A DNA stretch of 41,981 bases from Octopus bimaculoides (Eukaryota), in the NCBI RefSeq assembly GCF_001194135.2, contig NC_068989.1:27867110-27909090 (forward strand). Direction: 5' to 3'. The notes under the pieces were generated by a model. That model was not told the DNA's origin. It saw nothing but the letters and a program-made list of their open reading frames with translations, and did no database searches. Of this stretch, positions 36,475 through 41,981 are shown piece by piece. Position 1 is the first letter of the stretch; each line of letters begins with the position of its first letter. The translations under genes and the position numbers were made by a program.

Positions 36475-36699
36475 TCCATACACATACACATATATGCACA
36501 CGCATATACATGTATAGATATATTTATATGTATACCTATGTGTGTTCATGTGTGCATCTGCTCGTATTTGTAGTTCTTTTCTTCTTTTACTTCGACATTG
36601 CATTCAAGTTCTTAGTCAGTTATATCCACCTCACTAGTGATATTTCAATCTATCCACATTATCGTATGCACGTGTGTTTGTGTATGTGTGTGTTTGTGC

Positions 36700-36757
<58 letters not shown>

Positions 36758-36790
36758 TAGGCAGACAGACAGAGAGAGTAAGAGAGCGTG
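35904..36790. repeat. Cluster of (CA)n, (TA)n, (AG)n and (GATA)n microsatellites
   Basis: Direct reading; interleaved with short unique spacers. Confidence 0.9.
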
Positions 36791-37123
36791 TGTATATGTA
36801 AACTAATTAAGCGAGTTTGCTGGGTTTACCTTAGGCACTTGAATATTAAAATCTAAAAGAAGATAAAATGTACGAGAAAAATATACGTGTAAGTCAATAA
36901 ATGTATGTACAAAACGTCTAACGGTATGTTTACTAATGTTTCAATGAGAAGTGGAAAGGTAAATTCAATGTTAAGAGATATTTACAATATTTGTTGGAAT
37001 CAATAAGAATTTTATGTGTAGATTTGAGGGAATGATGCAAAATTAATTAGGCTTTCGATTTCTTTCTGCTACCTACAATATTGAGATTATATTCAATTAA
37101 AATAAATTGTTAGTGATTACACA

Positions 37124-37126
37124 CGC

Positions 37127-37195
<69 letters not shown>
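37124..37195. repeat. (CA)n microsatellite
   Basis: Direct reading. Confidence 0.98.
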
Positions 37196-37199
<4 letters not shown>

Positions 37200-37289
37200 T
37201 ATATATATCATTTTTCCAGTTTCAGCTCGAGTGTTGTGGCCATGCTGGTGTCCCACCGTTGGTTGCGCTACAGTTTCACTAATCTTCAT

Positions 37290-38130
37290 TCTATAGTTAT
37301 GAACAAGGATGTTGAATATTGCTACCCTGATTTGTGCTTCCGACGATGAAGTTGGCTTATCCAGGACAGTAGGAGATCCATTTCGGTTTTGAAAACGTTT
37401 ATATCCGCCCTAAATCTTTCGGGAAAATATACTGACGGGCCGTGGGTTCATGAATCTCAAGGTATTGTCGTATCTGGTCCTGTATTTTGAAAGCAATGGA
37501 GACTAGTTCTCGTATTTTGTAATTTTCAATACCAAAGTTTTGGACAGGTCATTCCAGTATCTTCCAGATGTATATTACGGCATATTTCCCACCTCCGTTC
37601 CTGACAGGTGTATTGACATAATCTTCTGTGTGTAACTTCGTTAGGCTGCTTTGAGTTCCCCTATTAATTTTACACTAGGTGCTTGAACGACTTAGGAAAA
37701 ATGTCTCCCAGAAAACCATCGTGTTTCCTTCTCTCTTGTTCTGAAAGACTCAAGAAAACATCCGGCCAATCGCTTGTATTTCATCGCCAAACTTAGTAAT
37801 ATGTACATGAAAGATCCATCTTTATTCATATCAATGCCCAGAGAACGGACTGAGTGTTATTCTTTCCTGCTCCAGTGTATTTTGATTATTGCATTTAGCG
37901 TCGTCTGCTCATTATGTAGGGCTTCGAAGCATATATTTTGGCATCTACTCTTATTCCTCCTTTATGGATAGAGCATATAATTCCTTCCTTCAGCTTGCCT
38001 GGAAGACTGCCACATGCAAGAAAATGATAGAAGACAGACCGCGGTTTTGTGTTTGATATGGCTCGTTTGAATGATTTTAGAAAGATTATCAGAAATATAT
38101 CGGGGTAGGTAGTTGGCTTTCATGGTTATT
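37290..38130 (-). mobile_element. CR1-group LINE ORF2 remnant with large internal deletions
   Basis: Minus-strand translation gives GSLPGKLKEGIICSIHKGGIRVDAK, then almost immediately ADDAK (37897-37908), SVRSLGIDM, TMVFWETFFLSR and IYIWKILE..PKLWY/NFGIE-like sequence, followed by the 3' region. Confidence 0.78.
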
Positions 38131-38616
38131 TAATCTATGGCCAGCAATACAACTTTTATGTTTATGCAATAATTCGTTATTGCCTCTTTTTTACAGCTGA
38201 AGTGTTTATATATATATAGATAGATAGATAGANNNNNNNNNNNNNNNNNNNNNNNNNNNNNNNNNNNNNNNNNNNNNNNNNNNNNNNNNNNNNNNNNNNN
38301 NNNNNNNNNNNNNNNNNNNNNNNNNNNNNNNNNNNNNNNNNNNNNNNNNNNNNNNNNNNNNNNNNNNNNNNNNNNNNNNNNNNNNNNNNNNNNNNNNNNN
38401 NNNNNNNNNNNNNNNNNNNNNNNNNNNNNNNNNNNNNNNNNNNNNNNNNNNNNNNNNNNNNNNNNNNNNNNNNNNNNNNNNNNNNNNNNNNNNNNNNNNN
38501 NNNNNNNNNNNNNNNNNNNNNNNNNNNNNNNNNNNNNNNNNNNNNNNNNNNNNNNNNNNNNNNNNNNNNNNNNNNNNNNNNNNNNNNNNNNNNNNNNNNN
38601 NNNNNNNNNNNNNNNN

Positions 38617-38657
38617 TATATATACATACATATACATATATACACACTTATATATAT

Positions 38658-38700
<43 letters not shown>

Positions 38701-38725
38701 TAGATATAAATATAAATGTGTGTGG
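38617..38725. repeat. (TA)/(GATA)n microsatellite flanking a gap
   Basis: Direct reading; a GATA run is also present on the left side of the gap (38215-38232). Confidence 0.95.
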
Positions 38726-39739
38726 ATGAATAAGTATAAATTGTATGGTACACCCCTGGTAGAATGCCGGTAAAGCACATTCACTGGCTCAGTGTTCGTT
38801 GGCTATTTGATTAATGAGAGAGACAGAAGATGGTAGATAGGAGAACCTTTATTGATCCCTACAATTGTTCGGATGCATCTAGCATCGATCCTTTGTAGAT
38901 AGGATACTGAACATCTGGTTTAGGTGTATCCCTCGGTGTAGATGTGTTCCTCAGATGATTTCAAGAGGTGTCACCTTAAAATAAACTGTTTCGAAAGATT
39001 TCTTCTGGGCCTTCGTACATAGAAATGACAAATTGAGGTATACAGCTTCATATTTATAGAATATCCGTAAGCAATATCAGATAAAAAAGAAACACCAATG
39101 TAGGGCAGCGAAAAATGTATTTGACATAACCGTTATTACATATTGATATACAAACGTCCATCCACATTCGCTCGTACAAGTGCATACGCACATACAAGCA
39201 CACATACACGCGTGGTTTGGCGCACATATGCTGCCACACAGAATTAAGTAGATACTAATAAAATCAGTGTTTGTTATTGGTTAGTGATACGACTCTTTTT
39301 GGTGAGGAGTTACACATTTTGTAGTACGGTTCACGGGGTCTGGCTGGTATACTTATAGCAGTTGTACAGTTATGAATAAGGACATAAATACTGACATAGT
39401 AGATGTGTATTCTCTGAATGAACAGCTAATGAAACAACCGACAGCCCGTAGAAAGCATCAATTCCAGGGTTAGGATCACCAGTGTAAATAAGAGTAGGTT
39501 TTTTTTTTGCGTTTCCATCCGATGTTGAGGGATACTTATTGAGAGACTCAAATTAGTATTTTTTTCTCACTTTAAGTGGTATCCGATTGCCGAGGATTAT
39601 CCCAAATGGCGTTGGTAATTAGTGTGGCATTGTATTTAAAAGAATACAGAGGTTGCTGTTATTCATCCATACATTTAGGTAAAGTGTGGTTATTAATTTA
39701 GTTAACGATTACTCTAATCCATACTCACTGTATTGTGCT

Positions 39740-40560
39740 AAAGTGTATTTAGTAGCATGCAAACACCTTGATAGTCTGTCCGAAATCCTGTTAATGAGTC
39801 TCTCATTGGTCCACAGCACGGACAACAAATCCTCAGAGCCCAGTCTGATATCCTGGAAAGGACATTCTACGGTTGTGCATGCCTTGCTATGGACCAAACG
39901 AGATCATATTTAATCTTATCCTTCTTAAGTTGCCACACAAAATCCGCCAAGGATGTCGAGCGCCACTTGCTTATTTTATGGAAGCTAACGACATGGTTTC
40001 GATATCAGTTCTTGAACTAATCAGCCGTTACACCAATGTAAACGTACAGTCCTCCCCTTGTATGTACGGTGCACTTATATAGGGCATTGGTACTCATACT
40101 GAGTTTTTTCAATGGAAATTTTGTTTTCTTATCTGCATGAGCATTTATTAGATTTAGTTGCATACGTGGCTCTGTTGAGTTCATTTTCTGACACCGCTAA
40201 CATGCTGGCTATATCTCTATTTTTGTTATGATACCGATGTGGCCGCAGCAGATGCTTTCGTTCTGGTTATTATTGCTTTTCTTGACATTTTGTTCTATAT
40301 ATTTGCTATCCTTCCAATTTGTTGAGCCGGAAGTAGATCCCCTGTCATAGGCTAGGAGTCCAGCGGGCTGGTTATTCAATGCTTGGTTCCTTTTTCTACC
40401 TACGGTGTAGGTGTTGTTCTAAGTTATTGGAGTTTGTGTACGGTACCTTCACAGTGTGCCTAGTAAAATATGTATGGAATCTATTTAATGTTGGGAAACA
40501 TTTATCTAAAGCGCGGCAAAAGAATTCACCTTGAAGAAGTTTCGTCGAACAAATTCAGTG
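39740..40560 (-). mobile_element. Penelope-like element, Naiad-like, linker and GIY-YIG remnant (third copy)
   Basis: Minus-strand translation gives LDKCFPTLNRFHTYFTRHTVKVPY, NKCSCR, NALYKCTVH..YVYIGVT, FKN*YRNH, STSLADFVWQLKKDKIKYDLVWSIARHAQP and LINRISDRLSRCLHATKYTLA. Confidence 0.85.
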
Positions 40561-40597
40561 TTTAATTTTTAAACTTCATACTTGTTCTATCGATTAC

Positions 40598-40745
40598 TCT
40601 AACATCGGTTGTCAAGTGGTGCTGGGGACAAACACAGACACAAAAAAATCACACACACACACACATGCACACACACATGCACATACACACACACGCGCAC
40701 GCACAACACACACACACACACACACACATATATACATTTATATAT
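40598..40745 (-). mobile_element. Short internal fragment of the first SINE family plus a (CA)n tract
   Basis: AACATCGGTTGTCAAG...GGGGACAAACACAGACAC is the reverse complement of the 21890-21945 region. Confidence 0.65.
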
Positions 40746-41886
40746 ACTTTATTAATAAAGATGCAAAGGCATCACAAAACCTGTTACTCAGACTTTCACG
40801 TTCCCATTCGTCGGACAGTTTCGGTTTAGAATGGAAGAAGATACGTTTATATGCATAAATGTACAATTAATTATACACATTTGAAAATGGTTTTGTTTCA
40901 TTGGTCCTTTCAACTAACGATCTTTTCAATAACCGTTATATGAAATTACAATTACGATTTTAAATTATATAAAAATTGAAGAAAACCTTAAATCAAATAT
41001 TAACTTTAATAGAAGGAAGAAATCTGTATACCAGGGTAAATTAATTAATGGTAAAAATAATAGATATTAAATCTAAATAAATCAAAACGATGTGTCCATT
41101 TCAAATAAAAACATTTACAAAGAACTAACTTCCTGAAATTACGTATGCATTTAGTAAAACATACACATACCCAAAACCTATATATACATATATATATACT
41201 AAACATACAAACGTTGGTACATGCCTACATACATATACAAACAAATACAGACAAAACAGAAATATATACAAATGCATATATAGGTATCCACATACATATA
41301 TATACATTCACATAATACTTCTCCGTTTGCGTTTTAAATATACAACCTAGTTGTTATAAGCTAGAGAATAAAAATGAAAAGAAAAGTTTGCGTTCTTAAA
41401 CTATGTAACAAACGTTAGATACTTTGGTAAGCTTGCAAACGCAAACATATGAAACGCACCCATATAAAATGACATGAATATCTACATAAATACATACATA
41501 CATGCAATTTTAACAGACATATAGACACACATTCAAATATACAAATAGACACACATTCAAATATAAAAACTCTCTGATTTGTAGAATATTAAGAATAAAA
41601 ATTGTACAATAAATTAATATAATATAATCAAATGTAATATAAATATATAAATTCTTAAAAATATATAAATTTTTAAAAATATATAAATTTGAAACAATAA
41701 TATAAAATTTAGATATGAAAAATGAGTGAAAATGAGTAAAAATTTAACCTCGGCAAAATTCAAATTTAAATTTGTAAAACAGTCGAGGACTTTCTTAAAA
41801 GTAAGTGCTCAAGAGCTTTAAACCTGAGGAGTAAATGTAAGAAATAAGCAAGTTAGGTAAGTCGATATACAAACATTATTAAATAC

Positions 41887-41889
<3 letters not shown>

Positions 41890-41923
<34 letters not shown>

Positions 41924-41980
41924 CTATGCGAAACGAAGGCATTTTTCTTCATTTCTCTCTCTCTCTCTCTCTCTCTCTAT
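41890..41980. repeat. (TA)n and (CT)n microsatellites
   Basis: Direct reading. Confidence 0.95.
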
Positions 41981-41981
41981 A

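Noticed and set aside
1017-38784. Long ORFs containing X runs (for example 10950..12356, 22164..23105, 30224..30997, 38130..38780)
   Set aside because: They stay open only because N-gaps contain no stop codons; the flanks are microsatellites.
1-41981. CRISPR arrays, rRNA, prokaryotic operons
   Set aside because: There is no repeat-spacer periodicity, rRNA-like sequence or gene-dense region; the sequence is eukaryotic repeat-rich DNA.

Overview
This is AT-rich, repeat-dense eukaryotic DNA with nine N-gaps (1029-1495, 7761-8124, 10186-10231, 10963-11768, 21717-21758, 22284-23043, 24685-24758, 30462-30935, 38233-38616), most flanked by simple repeats. The tRNA-derived SINEs and the microsatellite load suggest a coleoid cephalopod, probably Octopus (inferred from recalled repeat families, no database search). 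I found no intact host gene, rRNA, true tRNA or CRISPR array; the long ORF-track entries are gap, microsatellite or antisense artefacts. The window is a graveyard of decayed retroelements: four Penelope-like elements (one Neptune-like, three Naiad-like), a Hero-like and an R4/Dong-like RLE LINE stacked head to tail, an RTE-BovB-like LINE split into two head-to-head pieces, two CR1/L2-type LINE remnants and several SINEs. The most interesting structures are the inverted repeats around the Neptune-like element, three foldback palindromes with hammerhead-ribozyme-like relics, a 191-bp RT duplication in the R4 element whose two copies share loss of the catalytic motif, and a twin-priming-like RTE inversion. 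I cannot support a wholly new biological system here; these are leads on retroelement mechanics. All family assignments rest on manual translation compared with remembered consensus motifs, and element boundaries are approximate.
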